From assembly GCA_030622805.1 (NCBI GenBank), contig JAUXFR010000001.1:1-28122 (forward strand): DNA of 28,122 nucleotides. The letters are read 5' to 3'. Below the pieces are notes generated by a model. That model was not told the DNA's origin. It saw nothing but the letters and a program-made list of their open reading frames with translations, and ran no database searches. Shown here piece after piece: positions 9,638 to 17,692 of this stretch; position 1 is the stretch's first letter, and every line of letters starts with the position of its first letter. The stretch is from Anaerolineae bacterium. GTDB lineage: Bacteria; Chloroflexota; Anaerolineae; Anaerolineales; UBA4823. Position numbers and translations under genes: made by a program.

Positions 9638-10978
9638 ATGAAGCGGTCTGCTTGGCGCTACTTATGGGCAGCCAAAGACATCCGTCGCAAGCTGCTGATC
9701 ACTCTCCTGATCCTGGCGATCTACCGTTTTGCAGCGCATGTGCCTGTGCCAGGTGCTAATCTAGAAGTAATCGCGCAGCTTACACAAGCCGGTGGAGCGG
9801 GTCAAACGCTGGTCGGATTGCTCGACCTGCTTTCAGGTGGAACGGTATCAAATTTCTCCGTCATGGCGATGGGGGTGTACCCTTACATCACCTCTCAGAT
9901 TATTTTGCAGCTGCTGGTACCGATTATTCCGTCATGGCAGCGCCGTATGGAAGAAGATCCACGAGAGGGTCGTAAATGGATGGAGAAATGGACTCTCATG
10001 ATGGCTGTTCCGATGGCAGCTTTGCAGGCATTTGGACAGATTAACATCTTCAGCTCCCTTGCTGGTGGAATGCCAGTTGTTGACAACTTCGGGTTCAGTG
10101 GTTCCAATCTACTGCCATCACTGACAGTAGTCCTATCGATGACTGCCGGGACTATGTTCGCAATCTGGTTGGGTGAATTGATCTCTGAATTCGGTATTCG
10201 TAATCAGGGTCTATCGCTTATCATCTTCGCCGGTATTGTGTCGCGGGTCCCAGTCACAATCATGGGGATACTATCGGATGAACAAACGCGGGTCATCGGG
10301 TTAATCCTGATGTTGGTTATCACGATCTTAACCATCTTCGCGGTCGTATTTGTCCAGCAGGGACGCCGCAACATCCCGGTAATGTATCCGGGGCGTCGTA
10401 TGGGAAAGCGTATGTCTATGCCTGTCAAAGGAACGCTGCCCCTGATGATCAATATGGCTGGTATGATCCCTCTGATCTTCGCTCAATCACTGCTAACCTT
10501 CCCTGCAATCCTGGCAAGTTTTTTCGTCAGGTCTGAAACGGAGTGGCTTAGCAACCTCGCACTCAGCATTCAGAATACATTTGGTGGTCAGAGTGATGTT
10601 TACTGGTTATTATATTTCCTTGGAGTTGTCGGGTTTACCTTCTTCTATACGAATGTGTTGTTCGCGCAGCAGAACTATGGAGAGAATCTGAAGAAAGTTG
10701 GCGCTCGCATACCCGGTGTCAGTCCCGGCGTACCAACGCAGCGTTATCTGAATCGCGTTCTCAGCCGTATTACCCTGCCGGGTGCGTTGTTCCTGGGTTT
10801 AGTGGCAATCTTGCCCTGGTTGCTGACGAAAATTTTCCCGATCGCGAGCAGCGGCAATTTGCTGCTGGTATCGTCAGCGGGTTTGCTGATTGTTGTTGGT
10901 GTCGTGAGAGATACCTTCTTCAATATTGAGGCGGAGTTGAAATTACACGGCTATGATGACGCCGCGTTAATCCGCTGA
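9638..10978 (+). CDS. secY: Preprotein translocase subunit SecY
   Basis: Multi-TM protein with MGVYPYITSQII, WLGELISEFGI, GLSLIIFAGIV, RIPGVSPG; position after rplO. Confidence 0.98.
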   Translation: MKRSAWRYLWAAKDIRRKLLITLLILAIYRFAAHVPVPGANLEVIAQLTQAGGAGQTLVGLLDLLSGGTVSNFSVMAMGVYPYITSQIILQLLVPIIPSWQRRMEEDPREGRKWMEKWTLMMAVPMAALQAFGQINIFSSLAGGMPVVDNFGFSGSNLLPSLTVVLSMTAGTMFAIWLGELISEFGIRNQGLSLIIFAGIVSRVPVTIMGILSDEQTRVIGLILMLVITILTIFAVVFVQQGRRNIPVMYPGRRMGKRMSMPVKGTLPLMINMAGMIPLIFAQSLLTFPAILASFFVRSETEWLSNLALSIQNTFGGQSDVYWLLYFLGVVGFTFFYTNVLFAQQNYGENLKKVGARIPGVSPGVPTQRYLNRVLSRITLPGALFLGLVAILPWLLTKIFPIASSGNLLLVSSAGLLIVVGVVRDTFFNIEAELKLHGYDDAALIR

Positions 10979-10986
10979 GGAAACTG

Positions 10987-11646
10987 ATGGCGATGTACAT
11001 TGTCCTAGTTGGCCCCCCAGGCGCTGGTAAAGGTACCCAGGCGCAGATCGTCAGCGAAACCCTGTGTATTCCACATATCTCTTCGGGTGTAATCTTTCGC
11101 GAGAACCTGGATAATCAGACGGAACTCGGAAAATTGGCCAGAAGTTTTTTAGAACATGGAGAGTTGGTGCCTGACGATCTGACCATCGCCATGATTAGAG
11201 AACGTCTTTCCCGTCCAGATTGTAAGGACGGTGCTTTGCTGGATGGTTTTCCCCGTACAACTGATCAGGCGGAAGCCCTGGCAGTGATTATGAACGAGTT
11301 GTATGACCGGCAGGTTGATGCTGTGCCTTTCATCCATGTGCATGTAAACGCTTTGATCGAAAGGATGACAGGTCGTTTGACCTGCAAGGCAGGAGGACAT
11401 GTCTTTCATGAGAAGCATAATCCACCAAAACTCGCTGGCATATGCGATTACGATGGCTCAGAACTTTACCAACGGGAAGATGATAAGGAAGAAACGGTCA
11501 GGCATCGCATCCATGTATATTTCGATCAAACTGCCCCTTTGATTGAGTATTACAAAGATGCTGGAAAGCTGATTGAAATTGATGGAAATAAATCAATTGA
11601 GGAAGTGAGCGCGGATATTTTGTCTGCGTTGAATATCGGTGTATAA
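10987..11646 (+). CDS. adk: Adenylate kinase
   Basis: GPPGAGKGTQA P-loop, LLDGFPRT, LYQREDD. Confidence 0.99.
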   Translation: MAMYIVLVGPPGAGKGTQAQIVSETLCIPHISSGVIFRENLDNQTELGKLARSFLEHGELVPDDLTIAMIRERLSRPDCKDGALLDGFPRTTDQAEALAVIMNELYDRQVDAVPFIHVHVNALIERMTGRLTCKAGGHVFHEKHNPPKLAGICDYDGSELYQREDDKEETVRHRIHVYFDQTAPLIEYYKDAGKLIEIDGNKSIEEVSADILSALNIGV

Positions 11647-11650
11647 GGTT

Positions 11651-12430
11651 ATGAACTGGGAACGGAATATTGTCATCAAAAGTAATGAAGAACTGGCAGT
11701 CATGCGAAAGGCAGGAAGAGTCAACGCGTTGGCGTTAGAAACGGTCAGGAAGATGATCCGTCCAGGGATTACAACTGCTGAATTGAATGCGGCTGCTGAA
11801 GAGGTCATCCGCTCCTATAATGGAAAACCGGTTTTTCTGGGGTACCCAGGACCATACCCATACCCGGCGACTCTTTGTATCAGCATCAATGAGGAGTTAG
11901 TGCACGGCATCCCTGGGACGCGCAGACTTGCAGAAGGGGATATTGTCTCAATTGATTGTGGCACAGAATTGAATGGTTTCGTTGGTGATGCAGCATTTAC
12001 AGCAGGTGTTGGTGAAATTTCACCGCAGGCACAACTTCTGCTGCAAGTAACTGAAGAAGCATTATACAAAGGGATTGAACAGATGCGTCCCGGCAACCAA
12101 ACTGGTGATGTGTCTGCTGCGATCCAGAGTCATGTTGAAGAAAATCACCTGCATGTGACTAAGCTCTATACAGGACATGGTGTTGGACGACAGATGCATG
12201 AAGGTCCCCAGGTACCGAATTACGGTAAGTCTGGCAAGGGGATTCCCCTGCGCCCGGGAATGACGATAGCATTGGAGCCAATGGTCCTGGTAGGTACGTC
12301 AAAAACAAAGGTGCTTCCTGACCAGTGGACAGTGGTATCAGAGGATGGATCGCTTACTGCACATTTTGAGCACAGTGTTGCAGTGACAGAAAATGGTTCA
12401 GTGATCCTCACATTACCATCAGAACCATAA
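11651..12430 (+). CDS. map: Methionine aminopeptidase type I
   Basis: SINEELVHGIP, DIVSIDCG, GHGVG..MHEGP, ALEPM, AHFEH; start set to ATG 11651 rather than GTG 11639. Confidence 0.98.
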   Translation: MNWERNIVIKSNEELAVMRKAGRVNALALETVRKMIRPGITTAELNAAAEEVIRSYNGKPVFLGYPGPYPYPATLCISINEELVHGIPGTRRLAEGDIVSIDCGTELNGFVGDAAFTAGVGEISPQAQLLLQVTEEALYKGIEQMRPGNQTGDVSAAIQSHVEENHLHVTKLYTGHGVGRQMHEGPQVPNYGKSGKGIPLRPGMTIALEPMVLVGTSKTKVLPDQWTVVSEDGSLTAHFEHSVAVTENGSVILTLPSEP

Positions 12431-12446
12431 TGGAACACTACCAGTC

Positions 12447-12475
12447 TGGACGAGAGCTGAGTAAACGTGTATAAT
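12447..12475 (+). promoter_or_regulatory. Sigma70-type promoter upstream of rpmJ and the alpha block
   Basis: TGGACG (12447-12452), 17-nt spacer, TATAAT (12470-12475). Confidence 0.6.
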
Positions 12476-12545
12476 CAAAGTTTTGGTTGCTCGAGTATGA
12501 AGTGGTAATTATTTCGAACAGAAATCAGTTCGATTGGAGTAAATT

Positions 12546-12659
12546 ATGAAAGTATCGGCTTCGATTAAAAAGCGTTGTGCGAAGTGCAAGATTGTGAAAC
12601 GTAAAGGAGTCTTGTACGTAATCTGTGAGAATCCGAAACATAAACAGCGACAAGGATAG
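12546..12659 (+). CDS. rpmJ: 50S ribosomal protein L36, zinc-binding form (not in ORF track)
   Basis: Hand translation [37 protein letters not shown]; GGAG SD upstream. Confidence 0.98.
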   Translation: MKVSASIKKRCAKCKIVKRKGVLYVICENPKHKQRQG

Positions 12660-12665
12660 GAAGTT

Positions 12666-13055
12666 ATGGCACGTATTGAAGGTGTAGATCTACCGCGAAA
12701 TAAGCGCATTGAAATTGGATTGACGTACATATATGGAGTCGGTCTCCCACGGTCACATGAGATTTTGTCGGTGACCGGAGTTAACCCGGATACCCGCGTT
12801 ATCGACCTCACCGATTCAGACATCACAAGACTGAGAGAATATATTAACCAGAATTTCAAAATTGAAGGGGACCTGCGCCGTGAGATCCAGCTTAATATTA
12901 AACGGTTAATTGAGATCGGTAGTTATCGTGGACTACGTCATCGACGAGGACTGCCGGTTCGAGGTCAACGGACACGTACAAACGCCCGTACACGAAAAGG
13001 TCCAAAGAAGACTGTTGCTGGTCGTGGAAGGCGGCGTGGCGCTACGAAGAAATAG
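12666..13055 (+). CDS. rpsM: 30S ribosomal protein S13
   Basis: [10 protein letters not shown]...[23 protein letters not shown]. Confidence 0.99.
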   Translation: MARIEGVDLPRNKRIEIGLTYIYGVGLPRSHEILSVTGVNPDTRVIDLTDSDITRLREYINQNFKIEGDLRREIQLNIKRLIEIGSYRGLRHRRGLPVRGQRTRTNARTRKGPKKTVAGRGRRRGATKK

Positions 13056-13188
13056 TTTAGGTGATTCTATCTTCTGAGCTTAATAAATTGGGAAGTGTAC
13101 CTTCCAATCTGCAGCTGCCTGATTTGTAAATTCAGAAGAGGATATCGAAGGAAAAGTTTTAAAAGAAAAGAAATATTAGTGAGGTCTT

Positions 13189-13590
13189 ATGGCACAGAGC
13201 GTACGATCGGCGCGTCGGAAAGGCGCTAAGAAAACAAAACGAACCCTTGCGAAAGGGCAGATCCACATTTATTCAACATTTAATAACACCATAATCACCG
13301 TAACCGATATGGAGGGTAATACGGTGGCATGGGGCAGTGCAGGTTCAGTTGGATTTAAAGGATCCCGGAAGAGCACACCATTTGCAGCTCGACTGGCAAC
13401 CGAACAGGCATTAAAAGCCGCCATGGGTATGGGATTGCAGGAAGTGGAGTTGATCGTAAAGGGTCCTGGCCCTGGACGAGAAGCAGCAATTCGCGCTGTT
13501 CAATCATTGGACGTAAAGGTGTCTGCAATCTCTGATGTCACCCCAATTCCACATAACGGGTGCAGACCTCCAAAAAAGCGCCGTGTGTGA
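13189..13590 (+). CDS. rpsK: 30S ribosomal protein S11
   Basis: STFNNTIIT...[13 protein letters not shown]...[14 protein letters not shown]. Confidence 0.99.
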   Translation: MAQSVRSARRKGAKKTKRTLAKGQIHIYSTFNNTIITVTDMEGNTVAWGSAGSVGFKGSRKSTPFAARLATEQALKAAMGMGLQEVELIVKGPGPGREAAIRAVQSLDVKVSAISDVTPIPHNGCRPPKKRRV

Positions 13591-13661
13591 TATTTACAAA
13601 CCCAACGAATACAATTGGTTTGTGTTTAGATTGATAACAAGGAAGGAATAGGTATTAAAAT

Positions 13662-14300
13662 ATGTCAAAATATCGTGGGCCAGTATGTAAGCTATGCCGA
13701 CGAGAGGGCGAGAAATTATTTCTGAAGGGTGATCGATGCATGACGTCTAAATGTGCATTTGATCGGCGCAGCTATCCACCCGGTCAACATGGAAAGAGCG
13801 CCCAATTCCGCCGTCGACGAGAGTCTGACTACAGTCGGCAGTTACGAGCAAAGCAAAAAGCACGCCGAATATACGGCATCTTGGAGAAACAATTTCATCG
13901 CTACTACCAAGTCGCCTTAGGTCGACGTGGACTGACGGGTTTAAATCTTCTACAAATTCTTGAGACACGTCTAGATAATGTCGTATATCGATTGGGTTAC
14001 GCAGACAGTCGTGCTCAGGCGCGGCTGCTGGTTACCCATGGACATTTTTCTGTGAACGACCGTCGTACAGATGTACCGTCGATGCTGGTCTCGGAAAATG
14101 ATGTGGTATCAGTTCGTGACGGCTCCAGGAAGCGCACTTATTTCAAAGAATTGCCTTCTATGGCAGAAGGAAAAAATATCCCTGCATGGTTAGTCAGGGA
14201 TCTAAATAATCTATCTGGTTCTGTATTACGCTTACCCGAGCGTGCTGAGATAGATGGCAATCTAAACGAGCAGTTGATCGTCGAATACTACTCAAGGTAA
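13662..14300 (+). CDS. rpsD: 30S ribosomal protein S4
   Basis: CKLCRREG...PPGQHG...[13 protein letters not shown]...LIVEYYSR. Confidence 0.99.
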   Translation: MSKYRGPVCKLCRREGEKLFLKGDRCMTSKCAFDRRSYPPGQHGKSAQFRRRRESDYSRQLRAKQKARRIYGILEKQFHRYYQVALGRRGLTGLNLLQILETRLDNVVYRLGYADSRAQARLLVTHGHFSVNDRRTDVPSMLVSENDVVSVRDGSRKRTYFKELPSMAEGKNIPAWLVRDLNNLSGSVLRLPERAEIDGNLNEQLIVEYYSR

Positions 14301-14403
14301 CATATATGTAACTGCCTGCAATTGAAGCATTCATCAGTACACTTTGTGAGAATTACGCTGATGAGAAGCGCACTGGCAGGCAGTATTCGGGATGAGGTGA
14401 ATC

Positions 14404-15375
14404 GTGATCAGTTTGGGAAATATGGTTACGCCGAAGATTGAGCGTGAGGCTGAAGCACGCAATTATGGGAAGTTTGTCATAAGCCCATTAGAGCATGGAT
14501 ATGGAATTACGCTTGGGAATTCCCTGCGAAGGGTATTGCTGTCTTCTATGGAGGGTGCAGCGGTCACATCAATCCGCATTGCGGACGTGCAGCATGAGTT
14601 TACTGATATTCCTGGTGTCCGGGAAGATGTAATTCGTGTCATGTTGCAGATCAAACAATTACGGATGAAATTATTCGATGTCGAAAACGCTCGACTTCAT
14701 CTTGAAGTTCAAGGTGGAGGCGTTGTCACCGCTGGTGATATTATCACACCACCAGAAGTTGAAATAATGAACCCGGCTCTATATCTGTTCACAATGGATG
14801 ATGGATCAGGTCATATCGAGCTAGAGATGACGGTGGAACGCGGCAGGGGGTATTCACCAGCGGATGAACGTATTGGACGCTTGCCAATCGGTGAACTGCC
14901 GGTGGATGCGATTTACTCCCCGGTCCAGCGCGTGAATTTTGATGTTGGTTATGCACGTGTAGGACAGAGTACCAACTTTGACCGTCTGGTGATGGATATC
15001 TGGACTGATGGTACGGTTGGTCCGGAAGAGGCTTTGAGCAATGCTGCGAAAATCATCATCGAACATCTACGACATCTGGCTGGGATCAGTGAAGAAACAC
15101 TTGCCGCAATAGCGATGGAAGAGGAAGAGACTTCCCGTTTGACGAGTGAGATGATCGAGACTCCAATAGAAAATCTGGATCTTTCCGTCCGAGTGTTTAA
15201 TTCTCTCAAACGAACGGGTATTACCACCGTGGGGGAGGTGCTTGAGTTATTAGAAAAAGGTGATGAAGCGGTAATGTCCATCCGCAACTTCGGTGAGAAA
15301 AGCCTTGAGGAACTTCGAGCGAAAATGTACGAGAAAGAATACCTCGTGGATGAAGAGGACGAGGAAGCGGAGTAA
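14404..15375 (+). CDS. rpoA: RNA polymerase alpha subunit
   Basis: PLEHGYGITLGNSLRRVLLSS...DAIYSPV...IRNFGEKS; start GTG 14404 (SD gaggtg) or ATG 14422. Confidence 0.99.
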   Translation: MISLGNMVTPKIEREAEARNYGKFVISPLEHGYGITLGNSLRRVLLSSMEGAAVTSIRIADVQHEFTDIPGVREDVIRVMLQIKQLRMKLFDVENARLHLEVQGGGVVTAGDIITPPEVEIMNPALYLFTMDDGSGHIELEMTVERGRGYSPADERIGRLPIGELPVDAIYSPVQRVNFDVGYARVGQSTNFDRLVMDIWTDGTVGPEEALSNAAKIIIEHLRHLAGISEETLAAIAMEEEETSRLTSEMIETPIENLDLSVRVFNSLKRTGITTVGEVLELLEKGDEAVMSIRNFGEKSLEELRAKMYEKEYLVDEEDEEAE

Positions 15376-15381
15376 GTTATT

Positions 15382-15759
15382 ATGAGACACAGAAAAGCTG
15401 GGTACAAACTTAGTAGAAAAAAGGATCAACGTAGAGCCTTAAGAAAGAATTTGATTAAACAACTATTCGAACACGAACGAATTCGCACTACTCGCGCGAA
15501 AGCTCAGGCAGTTCGAGGACAGGCGGAGCGCCTGATCACATTGGCAAAACGCGGCAATTCAGCAGGAGCAGAGAAAATGATCCATGCGAGAAGACTGGCT
15601 GCAGCCAGAATTAATGATAATGAAATCGTCATGAAGTTGTTTGATGATATCGCCCCACGCTTTGAGAATCGACCCGGCGGCTACACACGTATCATAAAAA
15701 TGGGTCCACGGCACGGTGATGCTGCTGAAATGGTGCTCTTAGAGCTGGTTGAGGATTGA
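15382..15759 (+). CDS. rplQ: 50S ribosomal protein L17
   Basis: MRHRKAGYKL...RPGGYTRIIK...RHGDAAEM. Confidence 0.99.
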   Translation: MRHRKAGYKLSRKKDQRRALRKNLIKQLFEHERIRTTRAKAQAVRGQAERLITLAKRGNSAGAEKMIHARRLAAARINDNEIVMKLFDDIAPRFENRPGGYTRIIKMGPRHGDAAEMVLLELVED

Positions 15760-15870
15760 GATAAATTTTTATCAGGTGATTAGGTGTTTGGGTAAACAGT
15801 CAACCGGGATCAGGTAAATGTTGAGTAATGCATCAAGATGACTGATCACGAGTTATCCAGACCCTAACAC

Positions 15871-16611
15871 ATGGCACGTTACCAGGTAATTCTTACATAC
15901 GACGGTACAGAGTATCGTGGATTTCAACGTCAGGCAGTTGGTCGCACGGTTCAGGGTGAAACTGAGCATGCACTTCAGAAGATCGGCTGGCAAGGCAGCT
16001 CGATTTTAGCAGCCAGTCGCACCGACTCTGGAGTTCACGCATCTGGTCAGGCGATCACTTTCGACCTGGACTGGCAGCATGGTCACGGGAAATTGCGATC
16101 GGCACTCAATGCTAATCTTCCCCCCGATATCGCTGCCCAATCTGTGTATGAAGTAAATGCTGACTTTCATCCACGTTTTGATGCGATCTCTCGCACTTAT
16201 CGTTACTTTATTTACAGCAAAGCAGTGCGAGATCCGCTGCGAGATCGGTATTCATGGCGTGTTTGGCCCGGATTAATTTTGGATCGCCTGGAAACCGCTG
16301 CCGAATACCTGTTGGGTGAGCACGATTTCGCAGCATTTGGCTCTTCACCACAGCCGGGTGGCAGCACGATAAGAACGGTGTATAGGGCTGACTGGAAGCC
16401 TGATGGAGACCGCCTGATTTTTGAGATCGCTGCCAATGCTTTCCTGACCCATATGGTGCGGCGTTTGGTAAGCTTCCAGGCGGCAATCGGGCAGGGTCTG
16501 GTTGATGTGAAAAAAATGCAGCAGAATCTAGATCACACGCCAAAGACATTAGTGCAGGGTCTCGCACCCCCGCAAGGTCTGTTCTTGACGGCAGTCACTT
16601 TTCCAACGTGA
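15871..16611 (+). CDS. truA: tRNA pseudouridine(38-40) synthase
   Basis: YDGTEYRGFQRQ, ASRTDSGVHASGQ (catalytic Asp), FLTHMVR, LAPPQGL. Confidence 0.97.
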   Translation: MARYQVILTYDGTEYRGFQRQAVGRTVQGETEHALQKIGWQGSSILAASRTDSGVHASGQAITFDLDWQHGHGKLRSALNANLPPDIAAQSVYEVNADFHPRFDAISRTYRYFIYSKAVRDPLRDRYSWRVWPGLILDRLETAAEYLLGEHDFAAFGSSPQPGGSTIRTVYRADWKPDGDRLIFEIAANAFLTHMVRRLVSFQAAIGQGLVDVKKMQQNLDHTPKTLVQGLAPPQGLFLTAVTFPT

Positions 16612-16710
16612 TCCGTATTGAAAAATATTTGGCACTAAACTTGTAAGAAAGTGGAATCATTAAAATTATTTATAACGGCAGGTGAATAACCTGGATGTGA
16701 AACGGAGAGT

Positions 16711-17157
16711 ATGAAGGTGTATAAAACATACGTCCCAAAAAAAGGTGAGATTAAAATGGAATGGGTTCTTGTAGATGCCAACGATCAGAACCTGGGTCGC
16801 CTGGCTTCTCAAATTTCCAGCATTCTATTGGGAAAACATAAACCGAACTTTACGCCTGGTGTTGATACGGGTGACTTTGTAGTGGTTGTCAATTGTGAGC
16901 GTATCCGTGTAACTGGGAAAAAAATGACCGAGAAGATGTATTATCATCACACGTTGTATCCTGGCGGGTTGAAAGAGATATCGCTGCGTGACATGCTTGC
17001 CAAGCATCCCGAGCGGGTGATCAAGAAAGCAGTTTGGGGAATGCTGCCCCACAATAAATATGGACGCAAAGTGATTAAGAAATTAAAGGTATTTGCCGGT
17101 CCCGATCATACGCATCAGGCGCAGAAACCGAAACCAATGGCAATGGATCAGGAGTGA
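16711..17157 (+). CDS. rplM: 50S ribosomal protein L13
   Basis: LGRLASQI...GKHKPNFTPGVDTGD...GMLPHN. Confidence 0.99.
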   Translation: MKVYKTYVPKKGEIKMEWVLVDANDQNLGRLASQISSILLGKHKPNFTPGVDTGDFVVVVNCERIRVTGKKMTEKMYYHHTLYPGGLKEISLRDMLAKHPERVIKKAVWGMLPHNKYGRKVIKKLKVFAGPDHTHQAQKPKPMAMDQE

Positions 17158-17162
17158 TATAA

Positions 17163-17558
17163 ATGACAGTTCAGTATTATGAAGGAATCGGACGTCGCAA
17201 AGCTAGCACCGCACGCGTACGAGTGATGAATGGGTCAGGTGTGTTCATGGTTAACGATAAACCTATCGAAGCCTATTTCACACGTGAGGGTGATATGAAA
17301 GATATCATCGCTCCTCTGGAAGTAGCAGGAGAAAATCCTTCTGCTCTTGATATCACTGTCCTCGTAAAAGGTGGTGGTGTAACCGGTCAACGTGATGCGA
17401 TTAAATTGGGGGTCGCTCGTGCGCTGCTTATCATGAATCCCGATTACCGTCCTGTTATGCGGCAGGGTGGCTTCCTGACTCGCGATCCGCGCGTGAAGGA
17501 GCGCAAAAAACCGGGTCTCAAGCGCGCCAGAAAGGCTCCAACTTACACAAAGCGCTAA
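17163..17558 (+). CDS. rpsI: 30S ribosomal protein S9
   Basis: GIGRRKASTARV...GGGVTGQ...RDPRVKERKKPG. Confidence 0.99.
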   Translation: MTVQYYEGIGRRKASTARVRVMNGSGVFMVNDKPIEAYFTREGDMKDIIAPLEVAGENPSALDITVLVKGGGVTGQRDAIKLGVARALLIMNPDYRPVMRQGGFLTRDPRVKERKKPGLKRARKAPTYTKR

Positions 17559-17573
17559 CGGTTATGACATCAT

Positions 17574-17679
17574 GCGTGTTACGTTTTTAGTAATGCGCCG
17601 TACGTAATGCATAATTAGATTACAAGTGGTCCGGGATAAGTATAATACCGGGTGTTGATTACGCATTACGTTTTCATTT
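17574..17679. repeat. Cluster of GTAATGC-type heptamers forming inverted repeats; possible rplM-rpsI terminator overlapping a -10 box
   Basis: cgtaatgcataat 17603-17615 vs attacgcattacg 17658-17670 (12/13 complementary), followed by ttttcattt; TATAAT at 17641-17646. Confidence 0.55.
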
Positions 17680-17692
17680 AAGAAGGTTTTAA

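Noticed and set aside
12514-12533. tcgaac-N8-gttcga palindrome resembling a LexA box
   Set aside because: The spacer is 8 nt rather than 4, and it lies upstream of ribosomal genes
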